Part shown: positions 13,893-25,914 of the stretch, in pieces
How the letters are laid out: every line of letters starts with the position of its first letter
How positions within the stretch are numbered: position 1 is the stretch's first letter
Assembly (NCBI GenBank): GCA_024704765.1
Contig: JAKMXF010000244.1
Span: 301,905 to 365,904 of the forward strand
Direction of reading: 5' to 3'
Length of the DNA stretch: 64,000 nt
From: Oopsacas minuta
Taxonomy: Eukaryota; Animalia; Porifera
Notes under the pieces: model-generated
The model's database searches: none
The model's input: the letters and a program-made list of their open reading frames with translations, nothing else
What the model was told of the DNA's origin: nothing
Position numbers and translations under genes: made by a program

Positions 13893-14977
13893 CAGGGAGG
13901 TCGCCACGAGGGGGCATAGGGGGTAATGCCTCCCCTGGTAAACCCTTGGCCCAGGGCATGCACCTCCTGGTAAATTCGTACCCTGTGCATGTCACCGGAC
14001 CCCTTGGCTTAAAATGTAAACTGAAAATTTCGGCTCACTTCGCTCGTATCTTACCCTCATTACTATTTAATCTAACCATAAATAAAGGCTATAGCTTGTA
14101 TTGATCTATCGGATTTGGTAGTATTATTTGAGTGTTTATACCCTGAGTAAATGCAATGTTTTCCTCTGGCTGTTTTGGCGTACTGGGTCGGGATACCTTC
14201 AGTTGTAAAAATAGAGGCGTCCATTTCAATACTGGACCACTATACTAAAGTATAGTCGGCATAGTAAAAAGTAGAATTGACAATACAAGTTATAATATCA
14301 AGGATTATTGTACGATTTTCCGTTCGATGCCTCTATTGATATAATAACTATTGATAACTTTTCGCTGTTTCTTTAAAGATTTAACTATATATTCATAAAA
14401 TAAAACTGAGAAATTGTTTCAAGATTCAAAACTCCGTGGCAGTACAAAGGTAAATAATGAAGTAGCTATTATAGCTTAGCGTCCAAGGGCTACGTGCTGT
14501 CAGGACTGGTAAGATCTCTAGCAGCCCTGACCAACTAGCTGCAGTAGCGTCGTGCATATGTGACTGGGGCCCCCCAAAGTATTCTTCGAGCTACACAGCA
14601 TTACTAGACCATAAAAACAACTTTCTGGGACTATTACAGACCATACGATATTTCTTTCCAATGATGGCTCTTGGACCTTACTGTTGTTTACAGTGCCAAT
14701 AGGCTTTGAATCTGGGGTGCAGAAATTCAATCTGGTAGGAAACATCTAGAACTTGTTGACAACCAGATTGAATTTGTGCCCCTCATATATCAAAGCTACA
14801 TGACACAACTGCCCCAGCTGGATGGTACCAACTAAAATATATTGATCCGCCATGGGCATGCCTCTGCTAAACCCGTGAAACACCTTGCCCAGCGTCCTGC
14901 CCTTTGGAAACTCCGTCCCCCTCTGGTAATTTCTTTGCCTCCCCACCTCTACGTGAAAAATCCTGGCGACATGCCTG
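13893..14977. mobile_element. Non-autonomous hAT element (1085 bp)
   Basis: TIRs CAGGGAGGTCGCCA and CAGGCATGTCGCCA (12/14 match); perfect 8-bp TSD CGACAATC at 13885-13892 and 14978-14985. No transposase motifs recognised inside. Confidence 0.9.
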
Positions 14978-16780
14978 CGACAATCATGAGACATATTATA
15001 AAGATTAAGTTTCTATGTAAAGACAAGGATTTTCTTTAGTGTGCAAACGCAAAGTTATGTAACATACGACAAGATCAAAAGAGTAGAGAGCGCTTCTAAA
15101 TCCCATTTTGCTGGCACTCTTCCACTGAAAACACTCAGAATATTTCAATTCGTGTATTATATACTAACCCAGCATGAGTATTACAAGACCAAGGAATAAT
15201 GAAGTATATATCATGGCTATACGGCGAATATTTGTATAAGCATGCGACAATTACCTGAAAGAACTATATAACTGATTGAATTAACATCATACTGACCAAA
15301 TCCTTGAATTTCCTCACTAATTTCGTATTCTCTAGGACATTTTGAATATGAATGGACAATGAGCAAATTACATATTGATTTCATAATAGCAAAAGATTCA
15401 TAAGAGATGGAACAATTCTGATGGCATATTCGAAATCCACAGATCTATATTAGCTAGGATGAATATTTCGAATTGGGTAGGCAAATTCCGTTGATTGAAT
15501 AGCATTTCATATATCATTAACCTAACTGCCAGATGTGGTACAAATGGGAAAATAGTGATATGTCAACGAGATGGCAGGAAACATTCCAAAATATTCATCC
15601 TGGAGTAATAGACCTGTCGAATTCAAAGATGTTACCGGAAATGTCTCACCACGTTGGAATTCTGTGCAATATGCAAATGAATATATAGTTGATAACTGGT
15701 CTTTTTTGGTAAAGAAATCTAGAATATTATACGTCACAAAAAAGTGGAAAATTATATTTTTGGCTTCCGAAATGATCAGTTAGACCTAAATAGAACATAT
15801 TCTTATCTACTATGGATTAAAAATACACTATACTTTGAACAAGATGTTGATAACTCCTTTCCTATCTGGAAAACATTCTGAAATGTTGGTAATTAGTAGT
15901 TTTTGATGATGAATCTTGTTAATCCTAGCGTGTCGAGGAAAATTGGATTTCATTTCCGTAATCTGCATTGAAATATTGCTAGGAAATGTGCAAATTCAAA
16001 GAAGAAGAAATTAAAGGCTGATTAGCGTTTACCAGTGTCATATTGTTTGGGCAATCTCCTTTATGGAAACCGTTATCCTTCGTTATTGAATGCGTCCAAT
16101 TCCAGATTGATAATATTTTCCATTATATATCAAAATTTTAAAGACACTCCTTCCGAGCTAAGAATATCACAGGCCTTAAACCGAAAGAAGAATTATACGT
16201 AGGTGTTACTTCTCCAGATTTGGTTGTTGTTAGACTTATATGTAGAGATAATTTTAAAGTAAATAGTATATACTTTTCGTGTTGCAGTTCGGTTTATCTC
16301 ATATTGATCATAGATTTAATGATTCCCAGAACTATCAAGACAATTAGAAGTATTCAGTTAAAAAGGAAAGTGCGATTCACGGAGTAAGGGGCAATTTTCG
16401 AATATTCGCAACAAGCTCTGGTATAGAATCCTTAAGTAAGAAATTGCAATTCCGATTGATATATTCATTCAATTTGATACATATGCTAACTCGTTAAATA
16501 AAACAGTGGAGTTACGATATTGCGCAGTTTTGAATAAGAGGGAAATTGATATTGTCAGATTCCAGAGACGTCGGGGGTTGTATACTTTCGAATTCATCTT
16601 TCGAGGATATCTAGCAGGAAAGTGGACTTGGCAAGTAGCCCTGTTTGGGAGTTATTAGATATCTTCCAGGGAGAGTGTTAAATTGATATTAAGGGATCAT
16701 TCGATAAAAGCTTCAAAGCATAAGTAGCAATAGTTTGGAATCGACCTATTCTTTGTCAGCAATCACATCCACAATTATGT

Positions 16781-19131
16781 CAGTGATTCTCAACCAGGGG
16801 GATATCTCCCATTGGGCGGATGGCAATACCCAAGAGGGGATAGAGGGGGAGATACATATTCGGAGAGAATCATCTATACCTCGGGTGTGCGTAAATGATT
16901 TAGTCAGAAGAGGCTCCTCGCTATCACTACTTATTTTACCTGTTTGTATTCAATTCTTCGCTCTTATAAAAAACCATCTCCATTATACGTCAACAAAGTT
17001 AGTACTCAGATATATTTATTGTCATACTTAGTAAGCCCTACATTGTAAGGGATCGAAAAAGATGCCATGCATCTAGCAAATATAAATTGCATGTGTATGA
17101 CAATAAATACCATGTATTCAATTGTGAATACGTAATCGATATGTGAACTCCAATAATGTGAATAATATGGCATCCTATTGACCGATATAATTTTCATTTT
17201 ACAATCTACATAAATATGACATAGAACTGTATCTACATTAATTCATTTTCAATCCTATCATTACAAGACTTTATTATACAATCAGAAGATTATATCCGAA
17301 CCAAATGCAAAACGCAGAATTCAACCTTATGATCCCTCTTATCCGAAGTTTGGATTCATTTCTAGTCCAGACGAATAAAAACCTTTTTGCTTGGCGGATG
17401 ATTCTATGAGACCTCATCATTTGGAGGCGCATCAATTTTCAAAACATCCACAGAGGTGGGCAGCCAATAGAGTACTTTTCGCAGAAAAAGAAAGTTTATT
17501 TGAATGAACAGAAATCGTTTTCTCTCTTCACTCAGTCTACCGATTTGAAATGTTATACTTTGGCATCCTATGAAATATCTTTTCTAGTCACAAAGCTTAA
17601 AAAACCTCACACAGATGCAGAAACTCTAATAAAACCTTCACTGTTGGCTTGTGTCAAGCATGCTTTTGGGAAGTGCGGTAGCTCAGAAACTAGACAAAAT
17701 CCCGTTTTCTAATGATACAGTAAAAAGGAAGATTAGTGAAATTTCACAGAATTTAGAAGATAAATTGATTCGGCTTATAAATGATATTCCTATCAGCAGT
17801 CAATTAGATGAGTCAACATTTGGAGCAGACACTACTCTTATTGTCTGTATCCGTTTCATCAATAACGATTGCATTAAGGAAGAATTGCTTTTAGTTGATT
17901 ATTTTGAATGTCGTTGCACTGAACAAGATATCTTCAAGATGGTTAGATCCTATTTTGGTTCACATCAGATTAGTTTATGCCAAGTTGTTTGTGTTAGCAC
18001 AGATGGAGCTCGAAATATGACTGGTAGAGACACTGGATTCAGGGGATATTTTAAAATGGAAGTCCCACAGTGCAGTTTTATCCATTGTATGCTTCATAAA
18101 CAGGCGTTAGCTGCTAAAAATCTCAAGCCTGAACTTCATGTAACACTTAACCTTGTCAACAAAGTTGTGAACTTTGTTAAATCAAGTCCCTTGAACGAAC
18201 GTGTATTAAGAAAACTATGTGAAAATTAGGAACCAGAACAGGACGTACTCCTTTTCCACACAGCAGTTCGCTGGATTAGTAGAAGAAAAGCTCTTGAACG
18301 AGTATATTAATTTATGATTAGTTATGTGAAATTCTAGATGAGAAACATTTCTTCAAGACAGAAGAGTTCTCATCGATCTATTTCATAGTGAAATTCATTT
18401 CTATTACTGAAATCTTCTCTTACGATAGTCTTAGTAATCTTAGGTTACAGGCAGATGGGATTTTTCTTCAAGCGGCTTTAGAAATTGTGTCTACATTTCA
18501 AAATCAGTTCAAAATCTTTCGTTTACTCATACTGAGCAACCAATGGGACATGTTCCCACGTGTAGAAGCAATTATTTCTCTTTAACCACATTTTGGAGTT
18601 AAATTTACTCCTCTTGTCGAAGAACATTTGATGAATCTAGTTACTGATCCTTCCAATCGCTTTTCGGACGTTCCATCAACCCCTAAATACCTGCTAACCC
18701 CGATGGATATGTCACTGGGAGATGGGATGGACTTAAACAACATACTAGCAGAGGAGTTGTTATATTTACAGGCAAATGAGGGGGCAAAAACTAAATATTC
18801 TTGTGCTAACAAAACTAAGTGCTGGATTTAGTGAAGGGGTAGTACCAAATCTTTTCAAAAATGCTGAAAGATTGCTTTGTTCCATTTTCAACAGCATATC
18901 TTTGTGAGAAAACATTTTCTTCTTCAAATATTCTTAGGCCAAAACCCTGCAGGCAGCTTGACTTCAAGATTCAGTGATGACAGTATCAAGTTATAGTCCA
19001 GATATTGAAATATTAGTATCTAATAAGCAATTACAACGTTCGCATTAATCCATTAAATTTGAATTCAAAAAAAATAATTTTAAAATTATTAGGAGAGAAG
19101 GGGGGAGGCCAGAAAAGGTTGAGAACCACTG
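16781..19131 (+). mobile_element. hAT Buster/Charlie-type transposon
   Basis: 15-bp TIRs CAGTGATTCTCAACC and GGTTGAGAACCACTG (14/15 match) enclose a FAM200/ZBED5-like transposase. Flanks AATTATGT and TATGAATG do not form an intact TSD. Confidence 0.85.
17305..19048 (+). pseudogene. Buster/Charlie (FAM200/SCAND3-like) transposase pseudogene
   Basis: Motifs KKPHTDAETLIKP, FSNDTVKRKISEIS, SQLDEST, VSTDGARNMTG, FIHCMLHKQALAAK, FHTAVRW, PFSTAYLCEKTFS; multiple stops and frameshifts. Confidence 0.9.
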
Positions 19132-19649
19132 TATGAATGCCAAAGCAACACCTCATGATGATTCCTTTGATTCAAGATACTTCCAAGCTTCACGATTGTT
19201 CATATTAATGAATATGCTAATTTAAAAATATAGACATTATGTCATAATATATTTGAAATTGAAGTCCTAAGGTGACGGGCTTCAACGACTCGCGGTTTCG
19301 TGCCGCTGGAAATAGGTTAAATTTCAAGATGATAACATAACAAACTTGAAAAAATACGTTTGTACCCAAGGAATCCTAGGAGACTGACGCTCTTCTAGGC
19401 GTATGATTTTGAACAATATAATATTATAGATGGTAAAAATCGAACATCTTTCCCTATATACTAATTTACTGATTTTAGAGGTGGAGCACTAGCAGCCTGC
19501 TCCGAATAACCTGTAAAACTCCGTGTACTTAACAATTCCACGAATCCGCACTGTAGGTATTACCACTAATAATACAGGGGATAAACAGACAGAATGGATA
19601 AGCATCAGAATTTCTAAATATGGAGGCACGAAGTTCCGAGATTACTATC

Positions 19650-19887
19650 TCAAAGCGACATAGCATCTCCAGTGTCACCACATAAGACCATTCATTGCAA
19701 TTTAGATGGAATATTGAAAATAAAATTTCAAATTTTTAACTATTCTGTGACTTCGAGGCAGGTAGTACCGAGTGTAATATCCGGTCGCGTAGCGACCCAA
19801 ACTACCAAGTATTGTAGTTGTTCAATACTTAAGCGACCCTGAGCCACTAGGCTATCGCGGAGAGACCTAGCATGCGAAGCGCGCTAG
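19650..19887 (+). repeat. Dispersed Helitron-like repeat, 3' part
   Basis: GCATCTCCAGTGTCACCAC...GTCGCGTAGCGACC...CTAGCATGCGAAGCGCGCTAG; the same blocks recur near 32600-32827 and 44970-45200. Confidence 0.65.
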
Positions 19888-21217
19888 CCATATATGAACC
19901 CACAGCCCAAGTGTATTGGAAGCCTATTGAGAACATGTTCTAAGTATGATTGTTGATTATAAAGTAAGAAAATATTCGTTCAAATTAATGCCTTGTTATC
20001 GCACAATAGTAAAATATCTAGGTGAAGATATTTGATTTAGGATATGAAAGTAGATTCTGTATGGTTATAGCTATGTCAGAGACAATGGAAATATATGTAA
20101 AACGATATGAAGTAACTAGAGCACGGTTTTCTCCAATATTTGTAATATAATTCAATGGATAATATAACTACCTGTGGTAATCTACAACAATTGGAAGATT
20201 ATGAAAATATGTGTCGGATTATGGATGGATAACATTATCAGCTTTAATTTAGAATACAAAATATATTCGCACGCTTTGCTTGCTAAGTCGAAAGCATAGG
20301 GCCTCAAGTCAGCTTAATTATTGAACAACTACATAAATTCATGGATTTGGTCGCTATACAACAGAATATACTCGACACTACATGTCTTACAATCGAAGCA
20401 TAGTTCAAATTTATCATTGGATCACACATAGTCCATTCTAAAGAAATTCAATGACCTTCAGTGGTGACACCTTGAGTTTCAATGTCAAGTTTGGATAATA
20501 CTCTGCGTAATTCGTGCCTCGAGTAGTAAAAATTCTCAAATTTGGATTATTTAGTACAGTAATGATGACGTAAAATGCAATGATGAGCAAGCTTTTGGTC
20601 AGAATCATGAAGTTCAAATTTCTATCATATTGGCTGAAAAGAAGTCAATAATGTGATTTTTCAGGTGGCAATTACATCATAATTTCGTCTTAGGTGTGAA
20701 CATTCGTCGTAGACTCGAACATATCCGTACCAGGCCCAAAGTATCCCTGTATGCCCACATCAGACCTGTGGTCCTCCAGTTTCTTCAATCAATCCTGCTG
20801 AGAAAATGTATGAATTTACGAGGTCAAAAAATGTGAGAAAAAGTCGTTTGTGGTGAGAGAATTGATTAGAAAGAAGGCGTAAAAATTTAGTGTTCTTTTT
20901 TTATAATGAACCTGTGAATTCGGCCGTATCGGTTAACCAGTTGGTTCCCTGAAGTCAATTGCTAAATTGATACAACTAAACCAATGGATGTTAAGAATAC
21001 TTTGATTAGAATCCACATTATGCCATCCTATTTGGGCTATTAATTGATTCGGGTAGCAATGGAAACCATGGATTAATCTTATCTAAATACCTTATGTACA
21101 GTACACCCCCATTTTATCCGAACACCTTCGTCATGCACTTATAAGTTTGGTTTTCGGATAACTGAAATAAAATGGAAACCGCATGTTTGCAATACATCGA
21201 ATAGCGAAGTCCTGCTA

Positions 21218-22526
21218 CAGGGTCGTTCATAAGTTCTGTGACATTTTTCGAATTCGTAAATCATCATTTCTAATGCTACAACAATAGTATTATCAAATGA
21301 ACATCATTACTAGATATTCAATAATAGTATTTCATAAGTAGTTTCCCAATATATTTCATTTCAGTGTTGAATAACTTATGGAAAGAGATAGGTGTGCTGT
21401 GATTAAATTATTTCAGGGGGGGACATAAACCAAGGGAAATTTCTAAAATGCTCAAATGCCCAGTGGAAGAAGGATGCTTATTACTAGGGCCATTAAGAGA
21501 TATTTAGAGACTGAGAAAGTTGAAGGTAGGGCGAGGACTGGTTGTCCGTGTTCTTGTTGTGACTCCAAAGGTGCGAAGGTGGTGCGGGATTAAATTCGGA
21601 GAAATCCCCGGCGATCAATGCATAAAATGGCATTAGTCCTCAAAATATCCCATCGATCTGTCCAAAGATTCGTTAAAATCAATTAGGAATGAGATCATTC
21701 AAAAGGTAGACAGTACACTTCCTTTCTAGTAAGATCATGGGAAAGAAACTGCTTAGGGTAAGGGTCTGCTAAAGCGGTACGCTGTTTACGGGATAAACAA
21801 CATTCTCTTTTCTGACGAGAAATTATTTACAATAGAGGAAGCTAACAATGCTCAAAATGACACAATAATAGCAACAAGTTCTCAAGCAATCCCAGACGAG
21901 CTGCATTACATCGGACGAGTTCAAAAACCACGATCTGTCATGGTTTGGGATGGAATTTCGGTAATTGATCAGACATCCCTGATATTTATCCCACCAGTGG
22001 CTAAAATTAATCCAATTCCACATCGTGAACTGATATTAGAACCTGTACTGAAAGATCTAAGCCAGTCCATGGTTTCTGGAGTATCATTTCTGTTTCAACA
22101 GGACGGTGCGCCTGCCTACACCTCCAAAGTCACTCAGGCATGGTTAAAAGTGAATATTCCCGATTTTACTCCCAAAGACGAATGGCCCCATACAGCCCCG
22201 ATTTGAATCCAATGGATTACTCTATCTGGTCGATTTTGGAGACAAAGGCTTGTGCTAAGGCCCACACCAATGTAGAATCTCTAAAGGTGTTGTTGAGGAG
22301 AGAATGGGCTATAATACCTCAAGAAACACTGCGTGCTGCGGTTGAGGCCTTCCCTCGCAGATTAAAGGCTGTAATTGAGAAGAGGGGAGGGTATAAAGAA
22401 TAGTGGCTATTTCTAGCATATTATTAGCATATAGTGTTAGTCTAATTAGAACATCAAGCATGAATAGTACATTTTGAATATATAAATTGGTCAACATAAA
22501 TGTCACAGAACTTATGAGCTGCCCTG
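21218..22526 (+). mobile_element. Tc1/mariner superfamily, maT (DD37D) element
   Basis: 29-bp TIRs CAGGGTCGTTCATAAGTTCTGTGACATTT versus CAGGGCAGCTCATAAGTTCTGTGACATTT (3 mismatches); TA on both flanks; length 1309 bp. Confidence 0.9.
21378..22403 (+). pseudogene. DD37D transposase pseudogene
   Basis: Motifs LFSDEKLFTIEE, FQQDGAPAYTSK and SPDLNPMDYSIW. Restoring a 1-nt deletion near 22190 gives 37 residues between the second and third Asp. Confidence 0.9.
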
Positions 22527-25500
22527 TATTAGTAACTATTTTCATAGATATAGAGTGCAATTTTGTATAGTAATTATGTTGCATAATGGCAAAATTCGGT
22601 ATTGGGATGGATGATAATCACGGGTTTGCCAATTAGCAGTTGCACAATAGTGTACTTTCGTATATATAATTATTGGTCGGAGTAAGTAAAAATGATTATT
22701 TTGAACTTTGATTATTTGAAAGGATATTCATTACGATATGAGCGTAAATGACCACATCACCAGAGAACATAATGCGAAACTAGTCTGAAGCTGTTTCTGA
22801 CATGAAATCTGAATAATTTCAACAAACGAAATGTTCTTCCAGCTATTCGGATAATCGAAGATAAACTGTACCTAAAATAAGCATATCCATAAGTCTATGT
22901 TGGTTGGTGGCTTGGATTGGTTTCTGGCCATGGCTGCCACGTGCCATTGGAGGACGTTCAAACGCTAATTATCGCTAACTAAGGGAGAGGGTTGGTGTGC
23001 AAAATGTGACATCCCATCTAATATATTTATATGGTTAGAAATCGTGACACAGAGAGGAAGAGGGTGAAAACTAAGGAGATTTTGAGTTACATAACGTTTG
23101 AACATAGAGTAGATAATTCAACAGCTATACGTGGTTATGCCTATATGCAATCTTTTGTCTGTAAAGTGCTATCCGCTTCCTTGTACAGTAGACAAATGGA
23201 TTGAATTTGAACTCAGATTCTGAATTGAATAAAGTAGAACCCTAATAAGTCGTAAATATTAAGGATCAAAATTACCTAAAATGATTAAATGATTTCAACT
23301 CTACTTCAAGTATAGTGCCTGCACAATGGTTAGAAACCAAACAAGAGTCCGAATTGGACAGTGATATGTGGGTAAATATCATCATACTCGTAATATTTGT
23401 TAGTTTAGTTGTACCAACGGATCTAAATTTTACCACTTAGGTTTCAACGACTGGGGTCAGAGGGCAATTCAACATGTCATTACTTAGATTTAGATTCAAC
23501 TGAATTCCAACAGGAATAAACTATGTGTAGTTTGAAGCATTGGTCATAGTCAAATGTAATGTAATCAAATATAAACTACCTAGATACTAAATTGTGAATT
23601 GAAAACTGACAATATTATACAAGCATAATCCAATTCTCAAATATAGAAGAGTAATTTGTTGATGTAGTTTACCATGGGGAGTAACATATACTTGCACTAA
23701 CCCAGAAATATGGAGAAAACTGTGCTCTAGCTGCGCTGGCCTAGGGATAACCTTTATAAATACTTAATATTTGAACTACATGTATTACCAATCCAATCCC
23801 TAGCCAAAAAATCGTTAAGCGCGACATATATTTATGTATTCAATGCTATGGCTAAGTATTGTTACATATGTGCACAGGAAAATATTTCATAAATCAATAA
23901 TGACCAATATTTATACTATACTAGCAAAGTTTGTTAAACAAAAATAAACAATATGTAATAACCATAGATAAATAAATAGATATAATACTGAATGCAAATT
24001 TCGTTGAAAATTTTAAGGGTAAACAAATATTTATGCTTCACAATTGGCATATTATTACTACATAAAACTATAAGAATTTCAAACTTGGTTGTTCATCGCA
24101 GCTTAAAATAACCCATGCACAAGAAACATCTGTTAGTACAAATTTAGATAATTAAATGAACAACTGTTTAATGTACTTGTTATACTAGCTTGCTAAATAC
24201 TATTCACCTACACCCCACTTTTCCAAACTTCAAACACCTTATCAATGAGAATGAAAGGTTGGATAATTTCAGAAGATAAAGCATGTTAACAATTGTCCAA
24301 TATCAAAATTAGCATAGTAACAACTGTATTCATGGAAATTAGTATACACAATAGCAAGATTCGCGTATTACCAAGGAAACTCTCCCAAATACGATTTGTA
24401 AATTGGTGGTTTCCACTGTATGCATTATTATACATTGTATAAATCATCATGGAAAGTAAGAATAGCGACTGACATTCTGTGTAAAGTTCAGTGATATTTC
24501 TGGCATGCTAGGGCCAGAATTATTAATGCACAGGTGGTGTTTACGACAACAATGACAACAGACCCAGGTAATATGACGCGTTAACATGAAAGACTTCTAC
24601 AATCATGAACAATTGGGTTCACGTTATAGAAAAATATTAACGACCTCTTGAAAAAAGCAATTTCTTGGTTAGTAAAATTCATGCCTCAATTACTATGAAT
24701 ACTTGGGAACATAATATTTCACCATTTTACCAATTTCTTGATATTATGAGCGAACGAAATGTTTAGAGAATGACAGCTCTAGAAAATGTAAGTGGAAGAT
24801 ATAGATATAACACCAGAGCATAGCATAAAATAAATAAGGTACAATAGTATTAGTGAATTTGGATATGAGATAGGTCAGCCGATAGAGCAATTATACGTTC
24901 TATAGTTTAGAATTGATGCATTTTTTCAGAGTAAATGCATTGCATATTTGTAGAGCAACAAATGTCAACCATTATAGCTAAAGCGTTTCAGGAATATGTT
25001 AAAATATATGAATAGAAAGCATGTATTTGGTAAGGTATGTCATTCTCTGATCCCTCGTAGAACTAGAATGTTGTGTCTTCATTTCAAAGTGAATATACAA
25101 AACGATCAATTGATATGCTTATACAAAATTTCAAAAGTTTGTATGCTAAAGATGGTTCGTTCCTGTGGAACAGTAGAGACATGCGGTGGTAAATCTATAT
25201 TAATTTCAAAGGATAACCCGATAATCGTTGAAAATATTCTCAAATCAGAATAGCCAATCTGTAGTAGATAACCAATTTCCAATACGCAAATATTTGATTT
25301 TGATAAGATATCTCCAAAGGCCAATGCGTAATGTTAAAAATTACCATAAATGGTCCTATTCTCGATTACGTTACATTGGCAAGAGTTATAATATCAAAAT
25401 GCATTATTAGGATATGGGAAGTTGGATATTTCCACCAAATTTGCTATTTGATTGATAATAATTTCAACGAATATCGGTTTAAATGAATCTCAGATGAGGA

Positions 25501-25914
25501 TAGGGTTATAGATGCAATTAATTAAAATTAATCAGTAATAGGTTCAATTCATGAATGGAATAGGGATTTGTGATGAAAATTCCATTCCCATTCAAGAAGG
25601 GATTGGGAATTAAGCCCTTAAATCGCACAGTGGGCTATTATTGCGAATTACTAGTATTAGGGTTTTACGCGTTCAATTTTAGAGATAGGCTTATAAAATA
25701 CATTATTACTGTATAGTAAGTCGACTATTGCGGTTCTTTTGTTGATTTCAATTTTGTTGTATCACATCAGGTTTTCAATATATGACGTAATCTTAATTAC
25801 CATATATAGTAATACAGAAATCTAGATATACACTAAACTGAGATTAATTAAAAGAAATAGAATATGAATATATTATGGCTATGGTAACTGAAGAATAACT
25901 AACATACGAATGTC

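Noticed and set aside
25626-25670. 12/23-spaced RSS nonamer (ACAAAAACC) next to the heptamers
   Set aside because: No nonamer-like sequence at 12 or 23 bp at 25626 or 29330, the two ends checked; only the heptamer is supported.
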